46,935 bases of DNA from Malassezia furfur (Eukaryota), in the NCBI GenBank assembly GCA_052055015.1, contig JBQJIT010000034.1, one strand, 5' to 3'. The notes under the pieces were generated by a model that was given only the letters and a program-made list of their open reading frames with translations, was not told where the DNA came from and searched no databases. The position numbers and the translations under genes were made by a program. Below, in pieces: positions 10,284 through 26,259 of the stretch. Each line of letters opens with the position of its first letter. The stretch's first letter is position 1.

Positions 10284-12167
10284 ATGCACGCCGGAGTGGT
10301 CCCGGCGAGCGAGATCCCGACGGCGGAGGCGCGCAGCCTTGCGCGCACGTTGCAGGTGCTCCTGTATCTGCCGTACGACGTCGCAACGACGCTCGGTGAG
10401 CAGTGCAAAGAAGCCATCGCCGATCTTCCAGAAGACAGTCAGCCGCTGACCTACGACGGCCTCGTGGACGTCGCCCGGTTCTGCGTCGAGGAGGAGCCGG
10501 GATGGTCCGAGCAGCAACAGACCCAGCTTCTCTCTGGATTCCCACACGTCAAAGGTGACGCGCGCCTCGCCAACCTGTATGCCCAGTTTGAGCGGCAATT
10601 CCCAGGCCTGCGGTACGTCGCTGCGACACGCACCAGTGCGCAGGTTACCGACGAGCTCGAGAGCATCCTGCACCGCACGGCTTCTTCCCACGTCCATGAT
10701 GCAGGGTCTTCTGCGTGGATATCGGAGCTCGAGCGCAACATGGACGCGCTCTGGGAAGTGTCGGTGGACCGTGCTACGGCTCTCGAAGAAGGTACATTGA
10801 GCCTGGCCGATGTACCGCAGGAGCCCACCGCAGCTGAGAAGGATGTGCAGGATTCCATTACGGTGGTGCCTACTGCCTCGGAGACGCCCGCACAGGCGCC
10901 TGTTACGGCCGCCCCCCCAACGGCCGAGCCCGCTGCGCCAACGAAAGAGATTCCTACCGAACAACCCTCTGCTGTGCCGGCAACATCTGTGCCAGCCGCT
11001 GCTGCCCCAGCCATGCCTACAGACCCCGCCTCTACCACGGCCGACGTCTCTAAGCCCACGCCGGCACCGACCGACACCCAGAAAACGGCCAGTGTACCGG
11101 CTTCGGCGCCGACCGACGCAGCGGCGCCGCCTGCCGACGACGAGACGCAGCCTTTCCTGTCGTTCCCCTCGTTCCGCGCACTGGCCCTGGCCTCGCCGGT
11201 GTTGCAGAAATTCTTTGAGCACGACTTGGTACACTCGATCCACTTGGAGCCCGTGCAGCGGTCGAGTACGGGCGGAGCATTTGCATGGCATGCGGCACCT
11301 GTCGCCCCGCGCGGAACGCCCAAGGCAGTCGCGGGGAATACGGGCAAGTCGTCCAACGGCACCGTGTCGCTTGCGTCGACGCTCATCCACGGCAACGCCG
11401 CCCCGTTGGATGCGGATACCCCCGCGAGCTACTCCCGGGACGTTACGACCGGTACACGCGGCAAGGTCGTAGGGTTCCTGGGCGGTCTGTTGGGCGAAGA
11501 GGGCAAGACCCGTATGGATGCACTGGCCGATCAAGTGGCTCTGCGGCTGCAGACACACACGGTCAAGGGTCCGCTGCCTAGCTTCGCGCCCCACACACCT
11601 ACCGAGCCGGAAAAGCCCAAGAGCATGTGGGGCAATGCGTTCATGCGCGGCGCCTCGGCAGCAGCCGGTGCAGTGACAGGCGAAGCAGGCGTACGTCCCA
11701 GCCTCGGCGGACGGCTTGTGGGCGCATTGCGTCGGCAGCCATCCAAGACCGAGCACGAATCGGGCGCAGCGGCTCCCGCCGAGGCGGAGCAAAAGGCATC
11801 CCAGGAGGACGACGCTATGGCCGACAAGGGCCCCGAGGCGGCCGTGGAGAGCCTGCGTGTTGCTAACGAGGCGCTCACACAGGAGCGCGACACGTTTGTG
11901 ATCGACGAGGTGCAGTCTGCCGACCCGCAAGGAGATGCAGACGAAGATGAACACGACGTGATGAACGATGCTGAGGACATGGATGTGCTCGGCGAGCCGG
12001 AACCGGCGAAGCCGGATCGCTCTGGAACCGAGTCGCCCATGGGACAGTTGGAAGGGCGCGAAGCGAAGCGCGCACAAGGTACGTACACTTGGTGTCATGA
12101 GTGCTATATACTAACACGATGTGTCTCCGCACTGCCTATAGAACTACGTCATGCTGCGGCCCAATGA
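10284..12167 (+). CDS. Uncharacterised protein: degenerate OHCU-decarboxylase-like N-terminus, Pro/Ala/Thr linker, Gyp2-C-terminal-like motif
   Basis: Long ORF with good codon bias; FERQFPGLRYV...WISELER...DRA resembles fungal OHCU decarboxylases. Likely in-frame 63-nt intron 12079-12141 (GTACGT...ATACTAAC...TAG). Confidence 0.6.
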   Translation: MHAGVVPASEIPTAEARSLARTLQVLLYLPYDVATTLGEQCKEAIADLPEDSQPLTYDGLVDVARFCVEEEPGWSEQQQTQLLSGFPHVKGDARLANLYAQFERQFPGLRYVAATRTSAQVTDELESILHRTASSHVHDAGSSAWISELERNMDALWEVSVDRATALEEGTLSLADVPQEPTAAEKDVQDSITVVPTASETPAQAPVTAAPPTAEPAAPTKEIPTEQPSAVPATSVPAAAAPAMPTDPASTTADVSKPTPAPTDTQKTASVPASAPTDAAAPPADDETQPFLSFPSFRALALASPVLQKFFEHDLVHSIHLEPVQRSSTGGAFAWHAAPVAPRGTPKAVAGNTGKSSNGTVSLASTLIHGNAAPLDADTPASYSRDVTTGTRGKVVGFLGGLLGEEGKTRMDALADQVALRLQTHTVKGPLPSFAPHTPTEPEKPKSMWGNAFMRGASAAAGAVTGEAGVRPSLGGRLVGALRRQPSKTEHESGAAAPAEAEQKASQEDDAMADKGPEAAVESLRVANEALTQERDTFVIDEVQSADPQGDADEDEHDVMNDAEDMDVLGEPEPAKPDRSGTESPMGQLEGREAKRAQGTYTWCHECYILTRCVSALPIELRHAAAQ

Positions 12168-12392
12168 AACAGGTGTACATCGCGAACAGCTCCCACCATG
12201 ATACCCCACGCAGATCTGGAGGGATCATCACGTGCGCAAGGTTGGGGTCTGTGCGGGGAGACACCGCCGGCCACTCTCTACCTGGGGCGGAAGAAGAACC
12301 AAGGGGCGCAGACCGACTATGCATGCAAAGAACTATGCGTCTAGATGGTGCACGGCTTTTCCGTTGGTGCAGTACATTGCCATGATCCGCGG

Positions 12393-13052
12393 TTAGATTT
12401 TCAAGTAGCCCTTTTCCTGCAGGTACCGAACGATCTGAGCGACGCTGTCCTCGACCGACGACTTGTCGGCATCGATGTGGATCTCAGGGTTGGAAGGCGC
12501 CTCGTAGGGAGCCGAGATACCCGTGAACTCTGATGGTCAGCACATATGACGTACCCTTAATCTCGCCGGCCTTGGCCTTCTTGTAAAGACCCTTGGGGTC
12601 ACGCTTCTCGCACTCTTCGATGCTGGCATCCACAAACACTTCAATGAAGGGAAGCGGGGGATTGTGCTTCGCGTGCAGCTCGCGCGCAAAGTCACGGTCA
12701 GCCTTGTACGGCGAAATGAACGAGGTGATCGTCAGCGTCGTCGACGAGGCGAACAGGAGCGACACCTGGAATGAGTCAAGAAACACACCTCAGAAATACG
12801 ACGAATGTTCTCCTCGCGGTCCTTGGGCGAGAAGCCGAGGTCCTTGTTCAGACCAAAGCGAATGTTGTCACCATCCAGGCGGTAGGCCGACTTCTTCAGG
12901 TGCAGCAGGTGCTGCTCAAGCGCCGTAGCGATCGTCGACTTACCCGAAGCAGACAGACCCGTGAGCCAGATCGTAGCGCCCTGCTGCTTCAGGAGGTCGC
13001 AACGCTCCTCGTACGTGACAGTGCCGGGGTGGAAAGTGATGTTCGTCGCCAT
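12393..13052 (-). CDS. MET14: Adenylyl-sulfate (APS) kinase
   Basis: [15 protein letters not shown]-loop, [18 protein letters not shown]. Introns 12766-12788 (23) and 12530-12554 (25) give [17 protein letters not shown] at 12393-12395. Confidence 0.95.
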
Positions 13053-13088
13053 GGTGGGAGAAGTTGGATGACTAATTGGGGAGCTACC

Positions 13089-14309
13089 TCAGTTCTTCTT
13101 CTTCTTCTTGACGCGCGTGCTCAAGTCATTGACAGGCTGGTTCGGCTGCACCTTGGTCGTACTCTCGCCCAGGGCGGTCTGTGCAGCATTCAGGAACGCC
13201 TCCCGGATGGTCGCTTCGAGCTCGGGGTTCGACAACTTGCCATCCTCCTTGAGCGCCGCCGGGTTGGACTTCATTTCGTCGAGCTGTGTGAGTGTTAGTA
13301 GGCACGTACCTTTAGTTCCACATCCTTGAGCACCTCTTTCACATCGCGGATCTCGCGCTGACGCTGGTCACTGTCCATGGCGGCCAGATTGTCCCGCTCT
13401 GACACGAGCTTTCCCTCCAGCGCGGGGACTTCTTCCTTCTCCAGCTCCACAAGGCGTCGCTGAAGCACATGCAGTGCCTGCTCAATATGGGAAATAGCTT
13501 CGCCTCGCCGTTCATTGTTAGGGTGGAACTCGAGCGCCAGACCCAACCGCAGATGGGCATCTGAAAGACGGCGGGAAAAGGGAACGAGTAGAGGCGCGAG
13601 AACGCGCAAAGACGACGCATAGTCTTCGGACGCTTGCTCAAAGTTTTCTGTGTAAACCATGCACACATACCAGACTCGAGACCCACGTCGCCCAGATCAT
13701 TGTAGACCTCACCCAGCTCAATTACCAAGTCACGCTCGTCCAACTTGTCACCGGTCAACGTAACCAGCTGTACATCATGCTTCGTTCGTGATGCCGCATC
13801 TTTCGAGGATGCGGGTTGTGAAGCCGAGGTGCCAAGAATCCGCTCGAAGATTACGCGCGACAGGTCCAAAACGGTGAAAGCAACAGCAAGATCGTCCTCT
13901 TCTTCCTCTTCCTCTTCCTGTGCCTGATCGGCGTCATCAGTTGCTTTGCGCTTCCCCGTTGCTTTGGAGGGTGCATCGTCGTTGGCCCCAGAATCGTCCT
14001 TTTCTGCGGGAGGTAGTGGATCGTTCACGGACGGCGCCTCAACAGCACCGCCAGTTCCCAGGGCACCACCCACCTTGATAAAGTGCTCAAGCAATGCGCG
14101 CCCATACAGGTGCAGAATGGGCGCGAGTTCCGGCGCGTCTTCATCATATGCATCACGTCTGGGTCAGAAGTATGCACCTACAGCTCCTCCAGTGCAGATG
14201 CCAGCAGATCCGCAGCACCGTCGTATTTCTTCAAAGCAAAGCACCGGTTGGCTTCGTCGAGCTGGACCTTGACCTGGTCTGCAGCACTGTCTTTGCTTGG
14301 TTTCGACAT
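13089..14309 (-). CDS. NASP/Sim3/Hif1-family histone chaperone (SHNi-TPR)
   Basis: YGRALLE, acidic tract then DDLAVAFTVLDLSR, LGDVGLE|SENFEQA, C-terminal VNDLSTRVKKKKK. Introns 14159-14181 (23), 13648-13670 (23), 13284-13309 (26). Confidence 0.85.
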
Positions 14310-14545
14310 GATCGTTGCACGCGACGCGTTTCGACGCGTAAATGTCACGGCCACGTGCTGACCAAAAAAGTAGGACAAAGTGCTCGACTCCACCGCGTGC
14401 GGAGCCATTGTAAGGCAAAATCAAGTGATAACGTCTGTATACAAACCTCACTACTTTCTACATGAGTCAGTGTGACCCGTATTAATAGTTTTGTATAGAA
14501 ACAAACAGGATGCGATCTACGCACAAGTATACTTGCACGCCTCCA

Positions 14546-14877
14546 TTACTTCAAAATCTTCTTCTTCATACGTTCAAAGAACGTCGGCTTCTTCCGCACC
14601 GAGTCATTGGTAGGGTCCTCCGCGCCGACGATCTCAGGACCAGTCTGCGCATCTTGCTCAATTTGCGGAATGGGTGCGCTCTGGTCCTGAGCCAGCTCGG
14701 GTGCGACAACCGCGGGCTGTTCAGAGTACAAGGCCGGGTCCTGCGACACTTTCTTGGACGACTCTGGACCAACAGTAATGTGCTGTGTGTTAATAGTACA
14801 GGCAGGCATACCGAGCGAATCTTATTGCGGTCCTGCGCATCGGCAGAACCGAGATGTGCAACGTTGTTTCCAGGCAT
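14546..14877 (-). CDS. Small hypothetical protein (100 aa, two exons)
   Basis: ATG 14877, exon 14812-14877, 29-nt GT-AG intron 14783-14811, exon 14546-14782 ending KKPTFFERMKKKILK*. Frame is consistent across the junction. Confidence 0.55.
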
Positions 14878-14997
14878 GTCTAGGGAGGTGTAGAAGAGCA
14901 ACCAAGACGAGGACCCCGGCGTCCGGATCTGGGAAGTAGGATGTTTAGTAAAGGGGGCTTGGCAACCAGGTGGAGGCGCTAGTAACGCCTCGCCAAG

Positions 14998-16320
14998 ATG
15001 GAGGAGCATGCAGCGTTTCTGGTGTGGATGCAAGATGGAGGCGCAGAGTTCGCGGGTAAATTGTACTTTTCGCAAGGTACGTACAGTCGCTCATGACAGA
15101 TGATGTTGCCGGATGGGGCATGTTTACGGAAGAGGGAATAGAGGCAAATACGCGCGTCCTGACGATACCCCAGTCCCTCTGTATACACCCCGAACTTTGC
15201 CGCGTGCATATCGAGTCTATCGTTGCATCATCCGTATCGCAAGAGCTCGTGCCGCAAGATTTCTTGATTCTGTATCTTGTGCTACACAAGCTGTATGAAG
15301 GCATGGACCTTGCTGAGATCAATGTATCCCTTCTGCACAAGCCGTACGTGCGCATTTTGCCCAAGACCTTTGGCACGCCGCTTGAGTACTACCCAGCGGA
15401 ACTGAGTCTCCTCGAAGGAACGTCGCTCTACAACAATGCCCAGTTGCAGCTACAAAGGACGGCCGAGAGTGCCCAGCGGCTCCGCGCATGGCTCGTGTCG
15501 GCCCTCGAAACCAGCACCGACCCTGCGCGCGAGCTGCTCCGCTCTGCGGCCCAAAACGAAAAGGCATGGTTGGCCCAATGCCGATGGGCGCATAATGTGT
15601 ATACAAGGTACGGCATATGCTAATGAAGTCGGAGCTTCCCTGCGTCGATTGCCGGCTGGTCGTCGCCCACTGAGTCGGTCCCTGTACTCGTACCCGGCTT
15701 GGATTGCCTGAATCACCGCCGCGGCGAGCAGGTTACCTGGGAGTGTAGGGATCACGCTGCCTGCTTCGTGACGCGCTCTGCGGTGGTGCCGGGTGCCCAG
15801 GTGTTTAACAATTACGGTGCCAAAAGCAACGAGGAGTTTGTTGCCTCGTACGGGTTTGTCCAGCCCGGGGGCCCAGACGACGTGCTGGTCCTTGCGCTGC
15901 GACGGCCCAACGATGGTGAGCTTGAGATGGTGTACTGGTCAAAATCGCAAACCGAGCCACCGGCCGAGGTGCTCCAAATCCTCACTGACCAAATGGCGCA
16001 GGAGGATGCCAACGATCCCGAAATTGCTTCGCTGCTGCGCCAGGCAAATGCATGTGAAGCTCTAGAGCAGTTCCTTCGTATGCGGCGGTCCCACTTTACC
16101 CGGACCCAGCATGAAGTGGACGATGCACTCCCGTGGATGGCAGAGGATGGGACGGACGGTGTCCGCGAATCGATCTTGACCATGATCCGCGAGTATCGCA
16201 ACGGTACGGGCATCGACTCACCCAGGCCAAGCCGAGCTGCTGGAACGCGGCGTAGAGTGGTCACAGACCAAGCTCGATGCCCTTTTGGACGCGCTTGAGG
16301 CTCGAGGATATACGGTATAG
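14998..16320 (+). CDS. SET-domain protein lysine methyltransferase (Rkm/Efm1/SETD3-like)
   Basis: GWGMF, YT|SRSF, PGLDCLNH, QVFNNYGAKSNEE..YGF, YRN|GQ. Introns 15077-15099 (23), 15608-15628 (21, contains in-frame TAA), 16204-16225 (22). Confidence 0.85.
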
Positions 16321-16325
16321 ATCGA

Positions 16326-18044
16326 TCATCGCTCCGTCTGCGCGGGCAGCACATAGCGCTCCCAATTGTGTTTGCGGCGCAGGCGCATGCGGTCCTGGCT
16401 CAGCTCAAGTACCTCACTCGACATGACAGCATCGCGCAGCAGCGACAACCTGCGGTCGCGGTCCAGCGGCGGCTGCCCTGGCCCGGGAGGCACCACAGAC
16501 TGGAAGATGTCCTGAACGCGCCGGAAATTGAGTACCGTATCGAGCGGCACAAAGCCATGGGCGTCCATCTGCTGGCGAAGGAAAAAGTCGAGCTCGAGGT
16601 TGTTATCCGAAAAGTAGAACTCAACCTGGTAAAGCAGCTGTTGCACGAGGATCGGCGAGTTGGATGTCATCGGTGCAGGCGAAGCACTTGGCGGGAACAT
16701 GGCCATAGCGGGCATCATCGGTCCAAAGCGCGGATCATACGGCGCAGGCATAGTTGGTGCCGGAACAAAGTAGGCATACGGCATCATGGGGACCTGCATC
16801 GGCGCCATGGGCGGCCCACGAGGGTATAGCGCAGGAACTGCATGCGGCGGCCACCCAGTACCCTGCATGCTGTCCAACGAGCTGCTCTGCACCTCGCCTG
16901 CATCTGAGCGCGACTCGTCCGCATCCGAAGAAGAGACATTGCTTTGAGTCTCGGCACGCGATGCGGCCGGGGATGCGACTGCCGTGCCATCCGCCTCGCT
17001 CGAGCCCGAATAGGACATGCTAGGCGCCACATGCATGGGTGCACCAGGCACCATTACGTGTGGCGCAACTTTGGGGGGCAGTGGAAGCTGCGGAGTGGTG
17101 GTGATGGCATTGGTGCGTACACGCCCTGTACCCCAGCCGCGGGGACGACCGTCGCGCCCTTGCCGCGCCCAGTCGCGGCCATCAACAGGGTAGTCAAAGC
17201 CAAGCGGCATGGGCATCATTGTGAAGTAGCCCATGGGCATGCTCCGGGCAGCCTGGGCATATGCCTGCATCGTCGAGTTGTGCTGATCCGAGGACCGCAC
17301 GGGAGCAAATGAGCCGTCCGAGGTCGGTATTGGCGGACCCATGGGCATCGCATAATTCGCAGGAAGTACCGTTGGGGCAAATGGCGGGAGGTGAACAGGC
17401 TCGGCGGATTGTGTGCTATCGCCATGTGCATTGTTAGGAGACTCCTGGGCACGCCTCACAAAGCGAGGGGTCGGAGGGCCGCCATTGAGCAAATGGATCC
17501 GAGCAAGCCATATATCATTGTCTGATGGCACATTCGCCGTTGGGGGTGTTGCATTAGCGGAACCGCTGGAGGAGCCGCTCGTGGTCGGCGCTGTAGAGTG
17601 CTGTTCCAGTTGCCGCAATTCGCGGGGACTGCCGGCTGTAGATGAAAGCGACGGCGGAGAAAGCACAGGCGTAGGTATAGATCCAGACGTTGAAGAGACG
17701 GTCGTGTCCTGTGCGCTGGTGGTTGTATCCTTCTTTTGTACCTGCGTCATTCGCTCACGCATGCGTTCCGTCCAAACGTTGGAGGGACTTCGTGATGGTG
17801 TGGTTGATCTGCGCACTGACCTTTCCGGTTGCGTTGTATCGTTGACAATTGCCTGCATGGGAGGCTCATCCTCCTTTGGTGCAGGTGTCAGTGCGGCCGT
17901 AATCAAGGCATCGCTCTGTTTTGGACTCGACTCCTTGTCCTGTGCCTGGGTCTTTTGGCTTGCGGCCTTACGGAGTCGCTCGGCGTACGAAACGTTCGGT
18001 GCCGATTTAGACGTCTGTGTCGTTGTCCATGCACACCGGGACAT
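16326..18044 (-). CDS. La-motif RNA-binding protein (Sro9/Slf1/LARP1-like)
   Basis: C-terminal La motif QVEFYFSDNNLELDFFLRQQMDAHGFVPLDTVLNFRRV after a long disordered region. Confidence 0.85.
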   Translation of the reverse strand: MSRCAWTTTQTSKSAPNVSYAERLRKAASQKTQAQDKESSPKQSDALITAALTPAPKEDEPPMQAIVNDTTQPERSVRRSTTPSRSPSNVWTERMRERMTQVQKKDTTTSAQDTTVSSTSGSIPTPVLSPPSLSSTAGSPRELRQLEQHSTAPTTSGSSSGSANATPPTANVPSDNDIWLARIHLLNGGPPTPRFVRRAQESPNNAHGDSTQSAEPVHLPPFAPTVLPANYAMPMGPPIPTSDGSFAPVRSSDQHNSTMQAYAQAARSMPMGYFTMMPMPLGFDYPVDGRDWARQGRDGRPRGWGTGRVRTNAITTTPQLPLPPKVAPHVMVPGAPMHVAPSMSYSGSSEADGTAVASPAASRAETQSNVSSSDADESRSDAGEVQSSSLDSMQGTGWPPHAVPALYPRGPPMAPMQVPMMPYAYFVPAPTMPAPYDPRFGPMMPAMAMFPPSASPAPMTSNSPILVQQLLYQVEFYFSDNNLELDFFLRQQMDAHGFVPLDTVLNFRRVQDIFQSVVPPGPGQPPLDRDRRLSLLRDAVMSSEVLELSQDRMRLRRKHNWERYVLPAQTER

Positions 18045-18213
18045 CCTGGGCCCGACTCGGAGCGATCAGCTGCACAAGCGCCCGGGTCGGTCGGCAATCC
18101 GCACGAGAGGTGGAGTGACAAGCTCCAGGCGGCGCATGCGCCAAGGCGCGCAGCTGCGCCCCGCGCGAATTTGCAATTAAACCCCGCTACGCTTATATCC
18201 TACACGATGGTCA

Positions 18214-19042
18214 TTACGCGTCAAGCATGCCGGATTTGTAGGTCATGTAGGTGAACCTGCTGTGAGCGTTCGCGCGACCTACTCCTGTAACCCAATACGC
18301 GCGTCCTTAGGCCGCCCTTGAGCGGGGTCAGACCGGAAGTATGTGCTCGCCTCCTCGAGCATTTCAGCGAGCTGCCGGTGAGCATGACACGTACCTCGTT
18401 CGTTGTAGCACGCTCGCCCAGCGACTGTGCAGCATACCGTAGCTCTTCCAAGCCTATACGCCGTGTCTCGAGCTGCCTGTCGTCCACCTCAGTTGGGACG
18501 TGCTTATCCTTGTCGTACGTCGCTAGTGCCGACGACGGGACAAGGGGGATGCGTTCCAACAGCAGGCGGTACAAGAAACGCGCCTTTTCGTGCAGGTCTT
18601 TGCGCTTCGGCATGCGGTTTCGTGAACGACTCGACTCCGCCTCATCGGACCCAGAGACAGAGTCGTCGTCCGCGGTGGGGTCGTATGCATCGCTAGCATC
18701 CGAATCTCGCTCCTCTTGCTCCCCCAGCACAATTTCGAGCGCCTCAATGAAATCATCACGCCGAATAGTAGGTCCCTCCTTTGAAGGTTCGGTAGACTGC
18801 CTCAGCAAAGATTCGACCTCGTCCTGCGTCATCGCATCCAGATGGAACGGCGCTAGGGCATTTGGCAACTGGTGTAGGAAAAGGGTTGGGGTGTGCGTAG
18901 GTATGACCGCCTCTTCTGGAATAAATCCGCCAGCGTCTGGAAGGAATCCACCTGGCGCTTCATTCTCCGGCCCATCGCTTTTTGTTACGCCACAGGCGCG
19001 GTCGTAGGCGCGCCCAATGCGCGCACGTAGCGCAATGCTCAT
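18214..19042 (-). CDS. EF-hand-like protein, possibly Rad33-like
   Basis: IGLEELRYAAQSLGE...E|LAEMLEEA...IGLQE|FTYM resembles a degenerate calmodulin/centrin lobe; GGF repeats near the N-terminus. Introns 18372-18394 (23) and 18257-18282 (26); TAA at 18214-18216. Start chosen at ATG 19042. Confidence 0.55.
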
Positions 19043-19112
19043 CCGTGCGCAGGACCCCGGATCGTGTGGAGGGGAGTAGATTCGGCCGATCCTGGCGACC
19101 GCTTCCATCAGC

Positions 19113-19429
19113 ATGGTAGGTGCTGGGCGTGACTGACGCAGGCTTTGTCCGACCGGATCATTGGTGGCGCTTTCCTGGCCGTTGCCACCTTCGTCTTTGT
19201 ATACTATACGCTTTGGGCACTGGTGCTGGTACGTTTCTGGGCACTGACCCAGCCCTTCTTCCCCCCGGATGCGTCCATCCAGTCCTATTTCCCCGCGCGC
19301 GTCTGGGCCGTGCGTCTGCCAGCGCTGCTGCTGGTGGCGGGTCTCGGGTTTATCGGTCTATTCATCGCTAGCGTGATCCAGAAGCAGGAAATTGCGAAGA
19401 AGGAGAAGGAAGCACGCAAGGGTGCATAA
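19113..19429 (+). CDS. DPM2: Dolichol-phosphate mannosyltransferase regulatory subunit
   Basis: DRIIGG...FVYYTLW...PF...YFPARVWAVRLP. First coding exon is the ATG only; introns 19116-19141 (26) and 19229-19252 (24, in frame). Confidence 0.9.
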
Positions 19430-21451
19430 CTATGGACGACGTCCCTTGGCCTTGCGGGACGCGTTGCTGGGCTTGGTCGGCGGGTCCGGCACATACGCTG
19501 CGCCTCCATGCAACGACTCTTCGGCCGGAAGCACCTGATCCATCTCTTGTACCTTGTCTCGTGCAGACACGTAGAACATGACGTCGCGGAGCTCCTCACT
19601 CAGGTCGGCCACACGTGTTTGTAACGCCTTCTGCTCCTCTTGCAGCTTCTCAACGTGTTTGTAGAGCCCGTCCGAGACGCTCTTTTCCTCATCACGCTCC
19701 TTCTTGAGTGCGCGTGCGGATTCGAGTGCGCGCCGCAGCTGCGTCTCGTAGCGCGTGGCCTGTGCATGTGCATTGACCAGTTCGTTCTGCAGTTCGGCAC
19801 ACCGTGCTTCGCCCTGCTGGTACTTGGCTTGGAGTGATGCATAATCGCTGCGGATCTGCTCGGTCTCCTCGCGAGGCGCCCTTTCGGAGCGCGCGACGGC
19901 AAGCAGGCCCTCGTAGTAGATGCGCTGCGAGTCCAGTTGCGACATGATCATGCTGGAGTACTCCAAGCCCAGCGCATGCATCTTTTCCTCGAGCAGGTGC
20001 ATGTCGTTCGGATGAGAGGACGCCGAGGCATCCGCACTCGTAGACATGTTGGGCAAGGCAGATCGTGCCTGTACAGTTCCAGGGTAGCGCGCGTTCCACA
20101 CCTGTTCAGGCGTTGCAGCGGCTACGCTGCTGGCGCTTGGTAGCTCAACCAGTTTGCCGTCCGACTTGCTCTGAATCAAGCGATGGACGTAGCCATCCCC
20201 AGCGTAGTCCCATACACGCTGGGTCTCGAGCTCAAGACTGTACAGATGACCTGTCTCGGCAAAATGCTCACGCGCATGGCCTTGCTTGTACCGACCACAC
20301 CCCACATGCGCACAGATCAGGCATACCCACAAGTCGGTCGAGCTACCACACTGCTCGCAGTTGGTTGCGCGTGAAGCAGTCTCGCTCGAGGACGATGCGT
20401 GGTTCTCGTCGAGTGCTGGTGTCTGTGTGTAGCGACACACCGGGCAGCGGCTGTCAGTCCAGCGCTGCAGGCAATTGCAGTGGAAGGTGTGCTGGCAGAT
20501 ACCCGTGATCAGGCCAGACACGGTAGCATCAAGCCGGTCAAGACACACAGGACAGGTCGGAAGCTCATAGGCGGCGGTACGTAGTGGAGACGACGCCTGG
20601 TATGGGAGCAGCGCGTGCAAGGACGCATCCTTCTCGACATCGGCAGGCGAAATTACTGGCCAAGGCTCTGAATGACTCAAGAGGGGCTGCGAGTGGGGCA
20701 GCGACGGGCTCGGCGCCGCCGTGACACCCGTGATGTATACCAGCTTGCATGTTGCCGATGGCTGCGTCAGTGGAAGACGTACGTCGAGCGCTTGGAACGG
20801 TCGGCCATTATACATCTTGTAAAACTCCTCCGCATCGACGGTGTCGCGGAACTTGAGAAGAACGAGGTTGTTTTCGAGGTCGACATGACTGCATTAGTTG
20901 GAGACGCACCGAACAATTCGCATGTGCTGGATCGCTTCCAGGGCAGGCTCGACAAAGTCCAGTAGTGAAGATACAGTGATGGAAGACGGGACCGATACCA
21001 TGCCTAGGATCGTCCCGATAGGGTCCTCGTCTGTATCTTCGGGCGGTTCGGCAGGTCTCCCACTCACGGACTCGTCATCAAAGTCGTCGCCGAGCAGGCG
21101 GAAGAGATGCACGATACCAAATGCGATACGCACGTCATGCTGCACCTCGGAGTCACTCCATTCGTCGCGTGCTGGTTCGACCTCAAAGGTGTCGACCTCT
21201 TGAAATCGACCGTATGTCTCGTTGCCCAAGTTCTCCATGGGGTGTCGGGGCGCACGCCGGCGCACACGAACAAAATGGACTTCGATCGGCCCGAATCGCT
21301 GGTCGAGATCGGCGGGGTGCTCGGATGGGGGTGCCCCGGGTGTTGCAAGTGTCGTCTGTGGGCTCGCAAAGAGCTTGGAGGGGAACCGATATGTGCCTTG
21401 GTCTCCAACAAACTCACAGATGTGCAGGTGGTACGTCGGCCAACGAGCCAT
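19430..21451 (-). CDS. ETP1: BRAP2/Etp1 RING + UBP zinc-finger E3 ligase
   Basis: VLLKFR...FY..YNGRPF (BRAP2), ELPTCPVCLDRLD RING-H2, WVCLICAHVGCGRY zf-UBP, coiled coil. Introns 20889-20909 (21, contains stop) and 20762-20782 (21). Confidence 0.9.
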
Positions 21452-21524
21452 CGGCACCACGGTCCATCCCTCGAGGCGCCAGGCACGAACGCTACACCTC
21501 CACACGACCCCAGACCCCGGCGCC

Positions 21525-26066
<4,542 letters not shown>

Positions 26067-26259
26067 GATGGAATTGGTCCACGGATAACGTGCAATTCGC
26101 TCAACGGCTCTGGTCTACCTCCGCGATGCGGTGGCAACTCACGAAGCGTCGTAAGCGCGGACCACCGGACGGTTCAACGCGCACGCACGCGTGGCGATAA
26201 TGGGAATTATGCCGATCACCGTGCACGCCCCGGATGACGTAAGGACCTCCACCCCCACG

